64,000 bases of DNA from Cetorhinus maximus. Its lineage: Eukaryota. Under the pieces are notes generated by a model. The model saw nothing but the letters and a program-made list of their open reading frames with translations, was not told the origin of the DNA and made no database searches. Of this stretch, positions 51,564 through 62,398 are shown piece after piece (positions within the stretch are counted from its first letter, which is position 1; the number at the start of each line of letters is the position of its first letter). Location of the stretch: assembly GCF_964194155.1 (NCBI RefSeq), contig NC_135908.1:7874001-7938000 (forward strand). Reading direction: 5' to 3'. Both the position numbers and the translations under genes were made by a program.

Positions 51564-51841
51564 CAGTGTAGAGGGAGCTTTACTCTGTATCTAACCACGT
51601 GTTGTACCTGCCCTGGGAATGTTTGATGGGGACAGTGTAGAGGGAGCTTTACTCTGTATCTAACCCCGTGCTGTACCTGTCCTGGGAGTGTTTGATGGGG
51701 ACGGTGTAGAGGGAGCTTTACTCTGTATCTAACCCCGTGCTGTACCTGCCCTGGGAGTGTTTGATGGGGACAGTGTAGAGGGAGCTTTACTCTGTATCTA
51801 ACCCCGTGCTGTACCTGTCCTGGGAGTGTTTGATGGGGACA
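51564..51841. repeat. 69-bp tandem repeat, 4 copies, in UNC45A intron 1
   Basis: Unit GTGTAGAGGGAGCTTTACTCTGTATCTAACCCCGTGCTGTACCTGTCCTGGGAGTGTTTGATGGGGACA. Confidence 0.96.
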
Positions 51842-52020
51842 CTAAGGCAGTAATATATATGGAAGGGGGAATTTGAGCCACACCCTGACTCAGGAATTGA
51901 TGGAGCTGAAGCTTCAGGAGCAAACCTCAGGATTCCCGAAGCTCCTGGGAATTAAACCCCCGGCCCCAACTTCAGCTCCTTCTCCCCCTCTATCCCGCCC
52001 CAGGCCCAAAGCCCTCTCAC

Positions 52021-52032
52021 CCTTTCCGCCAT
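52021..52032 (-). CDS. UNC45A: UNC45A coding exon 1 (MAER)
   Basis: aagATGG strong Kozak context in a CpG-rich region, donor AGG|gtgaga, phase 0 matches exon 2. Confidence 0.8.
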
Positions 52033-52140
52033 CTTCACTCCGGTTGCCCCGGTGACTGCGGCCGGGATAGCGTCGCTGACTGATGGCGTCACCAGGCGGA
52101 GCTGTCAATCAAAGGCGGAGGGGCGTGGCCAGGGCTGGCT
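52033..52140 (-). promoter_or_regulatory. UNC45A promoter / 5' UTR, CpG-rich with GC box
   Basis: CpG cluster, GGCGGAGGGGCGTGGCC (Sp/KLF-type) just upstream of the ATG. Confidence 0.6.
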
Positions 52141-55100
52141 CAGCTTCAGGCTGCCTCAGCTTCAGGCTGCAGAGATGGGCTCCTCATTGTCAAATCCGAC
52201 TGAATAAATCAAGACTTGTCCATAAATAAATACAGCTTGCAACATCTTTATCCACTATTGTGACCTTTAAGGTTTAGCTTATGAATACAATTGCATTCAT
52301 TGAAAGAAAAACCCAGAGGAAGTTTCTGTTGCAAATATCCATTTATTATCTCGAACTATGGATTGATTCACTCAGGGACTGGAGCTAGTGTCAAGTCCCG
52401 AGGGCTGTTTGCATCAGAAATGTTTAAATCAATGTAACTGTAGGTGTAATCAGCATTGTAAATGAAGTGAGGTACCCTAAAGTGCTGTCCTGTATTAATT
52501 GATGTGTGTTGCTTTGTGTAATGTCAAAATTGCTTTGTATTGTACTTTTACAAATTTTACGAACAAAGTATATTTCAGGGAAAAAATCGATTGATTGATA
52601 TCACATTACGCTTTCTCACTGCTATACTGCAATCAATGGGCTCCTCTGTGGCACAAACATCCATTGGGGCGAGGAATCTGTCACCTTATATAAATGGTCT
52701 TTTTTTTGTGCCAGGTTTCTCTCTAGCCTTTCGGACAATGACTCTTCACTGTAATAGTTCCATGGATTCTGAACACTTTGAGTGTATGAAAACACAAAGT
52801 CTCAGCTGACCATTCTGTCTGCTTCAGTGGTCCCAATCTCTTACCCCACAAGGCTTAGGCCCCTTGACATAAAAGCTTCCCCCAACCTCAAACCTCCCAT
52901 CGTACTCCTAACTGCTTATTTTTAAACTTTTCTTCTCTTAATAATTGAACCATTCAGCACAGTGAGGAATTTTTACCTGGTTCAAAATTAGAAAACGGAA
53001 GTTAATTTTCCTTCACCTCCCCTCTTTCCAAAGTAAACAAGTAAACATCCTGAACCATCTCTAATAATTAATCTATATAGAATTATATAGCTCAGGAACA
53101 GGTCATTTTATCCCATGTTGGTGTTTATATCCCACATGAGCCTCCTCCCACCCTACTTAGGGTCTGGAATGCACTGCCTGAGAGGTGGTGGTGGCAGGTT
53201 CAATCGAGGCATTCAAAAGGGAATTAGAGGGTTATCTGAAAAGGAAGAATGTGCAGGGTTACGGGGTGAAGGCAGGGAATGGCATTAGGTGAATTGCTCA
53301 GTTGGAGAGCTGGTGCAGACATGATGGGCCAAATGGCCTACTTCTGCAGTGTAACAATCCTGTGATTCTGTAATACTTCACCTCGCCTATCAACATATCT
53401 TCCTATTCCTTTCACCCTCATGAACTTATCCAGATTCCCTTTACTGAAGGAATAATCTTCACTGCTTATCTCTGCACCTCTGTCCCAAAGCAATATTTAT
53501 TCTGCAAGTGATTGAATAAACAGAGATGCACTTTCTACAGGTACAGATAATATTATCAGGTAAATAAATATCTGTTAATATTGTTGCACAGAACCTGAAG
53601 TGACACAAAGTGTATGATAAATCATATTTAATTCTATCATCTGTAACAGTGATTTGTACAATATCGTCCCATAATTCTACCCACATTATCATCAAATTTA
53701 CAAAATGTATATTCAAAGTGTTGGTTTTGCTCGGCTCAGTCTGTGACACCCTTACCTCCTTTCGTTTGATCATTTTATGAATTTGGACCATAATCCAGTG
53801 CAGTACTGAGGGAGTGCTGCTGTCAAAGATGTCATGCCTCAGTTCTGCTGTTAAATTTGGAGTACCGACTGCCTGTTCTAGGGTTTGAGTTGAGGACCAA
53901 AAGGACTATTCAAAGAAGAGCGGAGAGTTCCCCAGTTTCCTGGCCAATATTCATCACTCTCCAGCCAACATCACCAAAAGAAAGACCAGCTGGTCATTTA
54001 TCTGAGTGCTGGTCAGTGGGATTCTGCAGCCGTAGAATGGTTGATGCATTTTGCTATGTAACAACAGTCAGTGTATTTCAGTGCAGTGTGAATTAGGTTA
54101 TTTTATAGCTCATATGATCTATAAAAGTTCCTTAACTCGGGTGGGGGAGATACAGAAAGCTGTTCATTTCTGCGTTGTGGAGCAACATTGACTGCAGCGG
54201 TTCAAGAAGGCAGCTCACCACCACCTTCTCAAGGGCAATTAGGGATGCGCAATAAATGCTGGCCCAGCCAGCGACGCCCACATCCCGTGAATGAATAAAA
54301 AAAAGTGCTGAGTTGAAGAAAGGAAGACTTGCATTTCTATAGCACATTTTATGAGCTCAGGGTATCCCAAAGTGCTTTACAGTCACATTTGAAGAGCAGT
54401 CACTGCTGTAATTACAAATTGTGGCTGTTTCCACACAGCAAGATCCCACAAACAGCAACGTGATGATGTCCAGATAATCTGTTTTTAGTGATGTTGATTG
54501 AGGGATAAATATTGGTCAGGACATCGGGGAGAACTCCCCCCCCTGCTCTTCTTCAAAATACTTCCATAGGATCTTTTAAAGCCACAGGAGAGGGCGGATG
54601 GGATCTCGGTTTATTGTCTCATTTGAAAGACAGCACCTCTGACACTGCGGCACTCCCTCAGTACTGCATTCGGAATGCAGTTCTGCTCAATCCATAACTT
54701 AAATCCATAATTTTATGACTCGCGACTGACACTATATCCAATTTTTTAAGTTTGCAAGATGCCAGGGGAATGTTCTGAATCTGTCACCATGTTCACCCAG
54801 ACCTGAAAAGACAAAGACTGAGCTGCTAGTTGAATTAAAGACACATGTGCCGAAATGTTTCGGTGGGTGACTGGGTTACCCCAGATAGTCAGTCAACCCC
54901 TGCTTGAATACCCAACCTCAGTGGGCACAGGTGGCGCGGGGTCAGGATGGTGGGGTGCAGTGGGAGGAGGCACTGAGAGCTATTTCAGTGTCCCTGGTGA
55001 GGTGTACTAAGATCCAGTCGTACATCGGATCACTCTCCAATGATTCCCATTGGGAAGAGTAGGGCTGATGAGAGTGACAACATTAGAAATGCAGGTCCCC

Positions 55101-56193
55101 TTTAAGAGTAAACCAGGAAAAGATTCAGAGTGAACTGAGAGTAGGTGATGCTCATTGAAGCCTGGACTGAAGAGCTGGGCTTTTCCCCAGTAAGGAGGGT
55201 TTTCACTTCTGGACGGGGTGAAGGATCTAGAAGGGAAGAGTGGAAACTGGTATTTGTACTGAACTATGGTTTAACAATAAATTAGTTGTGATTCTCTTAA
55301 ATACCCTCTGAACAAGGGCAATTAGGGATGAACAGTAAATGCTGGCCTAGCCAGCAACGCCCACATCTCATGAATGAATAATATATTTTTAAAAATTCAC
55401 CGGATGTCTTCTGCTGTCTGGTTCAGTAACTGGATATCCACCTATTAAACAGAGAGGAGAGGATCAAGGCTAACAGAACTAATGAGACTACTGCGTGAAG
55501 AGTGGGAATTACGATAAGGAACTGCTGTCGGCACCAGTGAAACATTACCAGTATCAGATAGAACCTTCAGAGGTAGAGAGGTGAAAATTGAAAGAGATGC
55601 AAATCAAATTGTGGGTTTCACCGCCAATCGCAAAGATGTCAGAAGGGGTTGTTTTCTGATGGGCATCGCCAGGGCAAATTGCACCCCCAGCCCTGGTTCC
55701 TGCCCAGCCCTGGTTCCTGCCCAGCCACTGCCTATACTCAGCAGCTACACTCACATTTATCGGAGTGCTGGTCAGTGGGATTCTGCAGCTGTAGAATGGT
55801 TGATGCATTTTGCTACGTAACAACAGTCAGTGTATTTCAGTGCTGTGTGAATTAGGTTATTTTATAGCTCATAAGATCTACAAAAGTTCCTTATAGAAGG
55901 AACCATCTAACGTATGTAACCTGGGAGATCGGAATTATAATCCCTCTGGAGCAGATGCACGGTCAGAGTCAAGGTCTGAGGCAGGGTAGATGGTGAACAT
56001 AGGAACACAGGAACCTCTGAACCAAGAAAGTCCAAGGTCCATTGATTTCGCCTTCCACCAATCTGATAGCCACATGATAACGGAGTTATTGATTAATCAC
56101 AGGGATCAATCTCTTTCAATTAAGAATAGCACAGGAAAACCCCCAGTAGTGGAGGGCTTTTAAAACCACAGCTCCAAAATCACCCACATAAAA

Positions 56194-56435
56194 TAAAAAC
56201 GGAAAGTTCTGGAAAACCTCCGCAGCTCCGGCAGCCACTGTGGAGAGAGAAACCGAGTTAGCGCCTCGAGTCTGTATGACTCTTCTCCAAAACTGGGTTC
56301 AGTTCGGAAGAAGTCATATTGGACTCAAAACGTTAACTCTGTTTCCCTCTCCGCAGTGGCTGCCGGAGCTGCGGAGTTTTTCCAGAACTTTCCGTTTTCA
56401 TTTCGGGCTTCCAGCATCTGCAGTATTTTGCTTTC
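56194..56435. repeat. Penelope-tail-derived inverted-repeat element
   Basis: Left arm 56194-56300 pairs with right arm 56305-56400. Confidence 0.8.
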
Positions 56436-57123
56436 ACTCTAAAGTCGCTGTTTCCCTTGAACATGCTGCACTCGCTGTTTGAGACTCAGGTCTCAAGTTA
56501 TTCATATACTACAACCCAAAATGTCGCTTCCTGAAAGAAATCTATTTAATTTGTGTTGTCTGAACTGAGCATACCACAGTCACCCTGGATACAAGCGCAC
56601 ATTGTGTGATTTTTTTTTTTACCTTATTAAAACTAGCTGCACTCCAGTGGCCTTGGGACAACCTGCAGTCTGAGACATTTAAAGAAAGAAAAACATGCCT
56701 TTTTCACCACCTCAGGACATCCCCAAAAGTGCTTTACAAGCATTGATGTACCTTTTGAAGTGCTGTCACTGTTATAATGTGGGAAACACAGCAGCCAATC
56801 TGTGCTCCCACAAACAGCAACGAGATAAAGCGCAAATAATCGGTTTCAGTGATGTTGGTTAAGGGATGAACATTAACCAAGAGAGAGTACTCTCCTGCTC
56901 TTTCTTCATATGGTGCTGTAGGATCTTTCAAAACGGCCCAAGAGTACAAACAGGGCCACGGTCATAATATTTAAGCTTCTAACCCTGCTTCACCCTTAAG
57001 ATCAGTTGGATGCCTGCATTTCCACCAATGCAAGCAGCAGCAGACAACCCCTCTCCAGTCATGTCCAGCAGTGAAAGGACCTTTAATTGGCAGGAGAGGC
57101 CAAGACACCTGATGACCATCAGC

Positions 57124-57206
57124 CCAGCGATGACCTTTGACCCATCGACGACCATTGTTCCAGCAATGACCTTTGACCCATCGACGACCGCTGACCCAGC
57201 GATGAC
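57124..57206. repeat. 36-bp tandem repeat, ~2.3 copies, just past the SHISAL1-like stop codon
   Basis: CCAGCGATGACCTTTGACCCATCGACGACC.. starting at 57124, 57160 and 57196. Confidence 0.85.
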
Positions 57207-57216
57207 GGCACTGGCC

Positions 57217-57397
57217 TCAGGGTTGTGCCTGCAGTGGGTTTCCATGGTCACCATTGCAGTATCCACGTAGGCAGCAGGGAGGCTGGTACCGCCAGAGACT
57301 GTGTCGGTGTAGAGTGTAGTAATGAAGCAGGTCTGTCAACAACAGGGCCACAACACAGAGACCGTACACACAGACTGCAGTCATTGATCCGTAATTG
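57217..57397 (-). CDS. SHISAL1-like exon 3, TM and tail (NYGSMTAVCVYGLCVVALLLTDLLHYYTLHRHSLWRYQPPCCLRGYCNGDHGNPLQAQP*)
   Basis: ccccccag acceptor, 181 nt to TGA; resembles recalled SHISAL1 [26 protein letters not shown]. Confidence 0.88.
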
Positions 57398-58108
57398 CTG
57401 GGGGGGATGGGGGTTGGTGGGAGTGGGGAAACAGAGAAATAAGAGTAACTGTAATACAGAGTTTGAAAATCTCACCAACTCAATCTCAATCACAGAGTCA
57501 AACAGCAATAAAGCAACCTCTCCTATTTCGGCTCATCTATTTGGTGCAATGGTCATTAACCACTGAGGCTCAGTCCCCAGTCTGTGCTTAGTCAGCTGAC
57601 CTCAGCCATAGCAACAAAGGCAAGATATCTGGTGTCTGTGCCCCAGGGTTATAGACAGACTCTCACCCCCATGCTCATAAACACTTGCACTTTCCAACAG
57701 GAGGTTACTAATGGGCCGAATGGTCATATTCCCACCAGGCAGCGTACAGGAGCAGTAGCATTGGTGGAATTCCACCTCCCACATCTCGGAGGCCACTTGT
57801 TGCAGCTCAGCATCTGCCAACTCAGCAATGGGCTGGCAATTGAAAAGCTTCCACAAACGGGATGGTCAAATGATCATCCTTCTACCCGCCCGCCCACCAC
57901 TACCTGCTGCTGCTCACCTTCCTAGTCCTGTTCAACACCACCCATTTTCCTTTTAACTGGGGGGGGCCCTTGTAGATGCCCTGGCACTAAAGACCCTCTT
58001 CCAAAGCCATCACTGGCTAGATCGCAGTCCTGCTAACCCGGTCTATGACCCCCTCACCTCTGAATCAACCAGCACTCGCACTTGGATACATCCCATGCTC
58101 ATACTCAC

Positions 58109-58316
58109 ACAGAGCTCGTTGTGGGTGCAGTCTGGTTGATTTTCATTGTGCTCTGAAACTGAGACTCATTGCAGCAATATTTCAGGGTTTGGTTGCTCTG
58201 ATGACAGCAGTAGACGCGATTCTGCTCCTCATTAAGCCGCGGACAGTGGAATCCAGAGTGATGCATTTCTGCAGCATCCAGGTACGGCTCACAGGTTCTG
58301 TACTTAAAAGCAGAAA
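58109..58316 (-). CDS. SHISAL1-like exon 2, Cys-rich ectodomain (SAFKYRTCEPYLDAAEMHHSGFHCPRLNEEQNRVYCCHQSNQTLKYCCNESQFQSTMKINQTAPTTSS)
   Basis: ctctgtccag acceptor, 208 nt, donor gtgagt, phases 1/2; aligns to recalled human SHISAL1 RVCEPY..GFHCPRL..CCHHN..FKYCCNETEFQ. Confidence 0.93.
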
Positions 58317-58630
58317 CTGGACAGAGAAAGGTATTGTCAGGACATCATATGTTGTGACTTCAGATCAATAGCATTACAATGTGACGATGATTCAGGGCAA
58401 CAGCACAGCCAGGTACAGAAGACTTTGAATATTTTCAGAAAATGGGCCAACAGATGGCAGGTGCAATTTGATAATCCAGAAATAATTAACCATAAAACTT
58501 AATTTTCCTCTCTTCCAGTCTCTTCTATATCCTCCCCTCCTCATTGCAGGTACACACTCCAGCTGGTGTACACTCCAGCTCTGATATTTTACCCAAGTGC
58601 CTATTTTAATGCATTAACTAGACAGACAGA

Positions 58631-59392
58631 CAATGCGGTCTCCTCTACATTGGAGAGACCAAACGCAGACTGGGTGACCGCTTTGCGGAACACCTTCGGT
58701 CTGTCCGCAAGCATGACCCAGACCTCCCTGTCGCTTGCCATTTCAACACCCCACCCTGCTCTCATGCCCACATGTCTGTCCTTGGCCTGCTGCAATGTTC
58801 CAGTGAAGCTCAATGCAAACTGGAGGAACAGCACCTCATCTTCCGACTAGGCACTTTACAGCCTTCCGGACTTAACATTGAGTTCAACAATTTTAGACCA
58901 TGAACTGTCTCCTCCATCCCCACCCCCTTTCCGATCCCCCTTTTTTCCAATAATTTATATAGATTTCTCTTTTCCCACCTATTTCTATTAGTTTTAAATT
59001 TATTTCCATCCATTGTTTATTCTCCACTTTTTGGCCCATTTCGATCCCTTCCCCCACCCCACCCCCACTAGGGCCCTCTGTCACTTGCTCGTCCTGCTTT
59101 CTACCCTTAATGTCACCATTAGCACATTCCTTAGATAATATCACCACCTTCAACACCCCTTTGTCCTTTTGTTTGTGACATCTTTGGCAATCTCTTCTTT
59201 GCCTCCACCTATCACTGGCCCTCTATCCAGCTCTACCTGTCCCACCCCCCTCAACCAGCTTATATTTCACCTCATTTCTATTTTTCTTTAGTTCTGACGA
59301 AGAGTCATACGAACTCGAAACGTTAACTGTGTTCTTCTCCGCAGATGCCGTCAGACCTGCTGAGTTTTTCCAGCTATTTTTGTTTTTGTTTG
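58631..59392 (+). mobile_element. Penelope-like element 3' fragment (GIY-YIG endonuclease C-terminus and tail) in the SHISAL1-like intron
   Basis: 58631-58903 reads QCGLLYIGETKRRLGDRFAEHLRSVRK...CHFN...LGTLQPSGLNIEFNNFRP*, followed by the gacgaagagtc...cgaaacgttaac tail. Confidence 0.9.
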
Positions 59393-59509
59393 AGCAAGTG
59401 TCTTTGACTTGTCGAGGAAATCACTAATGGCCCCTATCCTGTCCTGAAGCAGTTACTTTACCAACTTCCCAGCATCAGTGAGTGGACAGTGATGAGGATT
59501 AAGGGCAGT

Positions 59510-60146
59510 GCCATCCAATGGACAAAGGGTAGAACTCTCACTTTGAGCCAGAAGGTTATAATCTCGGCTGATATACTCCCAGTGCAGTACTAAGAACGCA
59601 CTGCACTGTCAGAGATGCCGTCTTTTAGATGAGACATTAAACCCAGACCCTAACTGCCCTCTCGGGTGGACATGACAGATCCCATGGGTTTATTCAAAGA
59701 AGAGTAAGGAAGTTCTCCCCAGTGTCAATATAATTATATATTAATTACATTTAATTGTATGCAGTTGGTGGGCATTAACTGGTGATTTACTTAGATCCCT
59801 ATAGACACAGACTGAAGCTGTGGTTGTTGGGTTAGGAGGCATACGCTTGTAATGTGTAACTCTGTAAGTAAATATAAAACTGTGTAAAGATTGGCTCCAG
59901 TTCTATGCTTCGCCAACTGGTTTTCTGGAATATAACATTGGCTAATACTTACCCCTTATTCGATATCACTAAAACAGGTTATCTGGTTATTTATCACATT
60001 GCAGTTTGTGAGGGTTTTGCTGTATGAAAATTGGCTGCTGCATTTCTTACATTACAGCAGTTTTAAAAAGCACTTCATTGACTGTAAAACGCTTTGGGGT
60101 ATCCTGAGGTTATTAACGATACTCTATAAATGCAATTTCTTTCTTT
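59510..60146 (+). mobile_element. Deu-domain-type SINE interrupted by a 215-bp TG...CA element (59723-59937)
   Basis: SINE core resumes after ...TATAACA; tail ataaatgcaatttctttcttt. Confidence 0.7.
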
Positions 60147-60152
60147 ACATAC

Positions 60153-60210
60153 CTGTTGCCAGTAACTCACACAGCAGCAGAACAGTCAGGAGTTGGCTGG
60201 AGCGTGACAT
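60153..60210 (-). CDS. SHISAL1-like coding exon 1, signal peptide (MSRSSQLLTVLLLCELLAT)
   Basis: acaATG, 58 nt, donor CAG|gtatgt, phase 1; probable acceptor ttttaag at 60266 makes 60211-60265 5' UTR. Confidence 0.85.
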
Positions 60211-60376
60211 TGTAGCATCCACAACCTGGACCTCTAATTGTCATCCTAAGGGATGGTGTTTGTGCCTTAAAACAAAGTACACCATTTATTTCCAGTCCAA
60301 CATCTCAACTCTTCCTTCTGCTACTTATCTCTTTGGTGAGACCCTCCCACTGCCCAGAGTTACACAGACAAAAGAG

Positions 60377-60800
60377 NNNNNNNNNNNNNNNNNNNNNNNN
60401 NNNNNNNNNNNNNNNNNNNNNNNNNNNNNNNNNNNNNNNNNNNNNNNNNNNNNNNNNNNNNNNNNNNNNNNNNNNNNNNNNNNNNNNNNNNNNNNNNNNN
60501 NNNNNNNNNNNNNNNNNNNNNNNNNNNNNNNNNNNNNNNNGAGAAAGAGACTTAGAGACAGAGAGAAAGACAGAGACAGAGAGGCAGAGAGGAAGAGAGA
60601 NNNNNNNNNNNNNNNNNNNNNNNNNNNNNNNNNNNNNNNNNNNNNNNNNNNNNNNNNNNNNNNNNNNNNNNNNNNNNNNNNNNNNNNNNNNNNNNNNNNN
60701 NNNNNNNNNNNNNNNNNNNNNNNNNNNNNNNNNNNNNNNNNNNNNNNNNNNNNNNNNNNNNNNNNNNNNNNNNNNNNNNNNNNNNNNNNNNNNNNNNNNN
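60377..60800. other. Two N runs (60377-60540, 60601-60800) flanking a GA-rich stub
   Basis: Undetermined or masked bases. Confidence 0.99.
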
Positions 60801-62398
60801 CACAGACACACTCTTAAACTCCCCCACAGACTCACAGACACACACTCTCACTCCCTCTCACACTCACAGACACACTCGCTCACACCCTCACACACTCATA
60901 GACACACTCTGTCACTCCCCCACACATTCACAGACACAGTCTCTAACTCCCCCACACACACTCACAAACACACTCTCTCACTGGCCCACACACACTCACA
61001 AACACAATCCCTCACTCCCCGTCACAATCACAGACACGTTCTCTCACTCCACCTTTCACTCACAGACACACTCTCTCACTCCCCCACACACTCACAGACA
61101 CACTCTCTCACTCCCGCAGACACTCACAGACACAAACTCTCACTCCCCGTCATACTCAAAGACACACTCTCTCACTCCGCCACACACTCACATACACACT
61201 CACTTACTCTCCCCCACACACTCACAGACACAGTCTCTAACGCCCCCACACACACTCACAAACACACTCTCTCACTCCCCCACAAACACACAGACACACT
61301 CTCTCACTGCACCACACACTCACCGACACACTCTCTCACTCCCCCACACACTCACACACACACTCTCTCACTCCCCCTCACACTCACATACATACTCACT
61401 CAGTCCCCAAACACACTCACAGACACACTCTCTCACTCCCCCACACACTCACCGACACACTCTCTCACTCCCCCACACACTCACAGACACACTCTCTCAC
61501 TCCCTCACACACTCACAGACACAGTCTCTCACTCCCCCACACACTCACAGACACACTCTCTCACTCCCACACACACTCACACACACACACTCACACTCCA
61601 CCACACACTCACAGACACACTCTCTCACTGCCCCACACACTCACAGACACACTCTCCTATTCCCCCCCACACAGTCACAGACACACTCTCGCACTCCCTC
61701 ACACACACTCACAGACACACTCTCTCACACCCCCACACACTCACAGACACACTCTCTCACTCCCACACGCACTCACATACACACTCTCTCACTCACCGCG
61801 ACACACTCACTGACACAATCTCTCAGTCCCCCACACACTCACAGACACACTCTATCACTCCCTCACACACTCACTGAAACACTTTCTCACCCCCCCACAC
61901 ACTCACAGACACACTCTCTCACTCCCCCACGCACTCACAGATACACTCTCTCAGTCCCCCATACACTCACAGACACACTCTCTACCTCCCTCACAAACTC
62001 ACTCACACAATCTCTCAGTCCCCCACACATTCACAGACACACTCACTCACTCCCTCACAAACTCACTGCCACAATCTCTCAGTCCCCCACACACTCACAG
62101 ACACCCTCTTTCACTCATCCACTCACACTCACAGACACACTCTCTCAGTCCCACACATACTCACAGACACACTCTCTCACTCCCCCACACACTCACAGGC
62201 ACACTCTCTCACTCCCACACACACTCACAGACACACTCTCTCACTCTCCCACACAATCACAGACACACTCTCCCACTCCCCCACACACTCACAGACACAC
62301 TCTCTCACATCCCCACACACTCACAGACACACTCTCTCTCTCCCCCTCACACACTCAAAGACACACTCTCTCTGACCCACACACACACACACACACAC
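60801..62398. repeat. CA/CT-rich degenerate minisatellite (unit ~CACACACTCACAGACACACTCTCTCACTCCCC)
   Basis: Visible low-complexity tandem array. Confidence 0.95.

Larger units (their letters stand above)
32781..52032 (-). other. UNC45A: UNC45A gene span (myosin co-chaperone; TPR, central and UCS domains), 20 coding exons, 2808 nt CDS, 935 aa
   Basis: All 20 exons join in frame with GT-AG boundaries; A-type motifs ([34 protein letters not shown]) and adjacency to RCCD1 favour UNC45A over UNC45B. Confidence 0.96.
57217..60210 (-). other. Shisa-like-1 (SHISAL1/KIAA1644)-type gene span, 3 coding exons, 447 nt CDS, 148 aa
   Basis: Spliced protein: signal peptide, six-Cys Shisa-like ectodomain (CEPY...GFHCPRL...CCH...LKYCCNE), TM helix, short tail; all junctions GT-AG and in phase. 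Symbol withheld because orthology is uncertain. Confidence 0.9.

Noticed and set aside
51564-51841. Regular repeats that might suggest a CRISPR-like array (also 39093-39246)
   Set aside because: Head-to-tail units with no unique spacers, inside vertebrate introns, no cas genes
56979-58371. ORF-track peptides 56979-57266, 57248-57508 and 58045-58371
   Set aside because: Wrong-frame or antisense shadows of the SHISAL1-like exons
59999-61877. ORFs of 272 and 514 aa (His/Thr/Ser-rich)
   Set aside because: They run through N gaps and a CA/CT minisatellite
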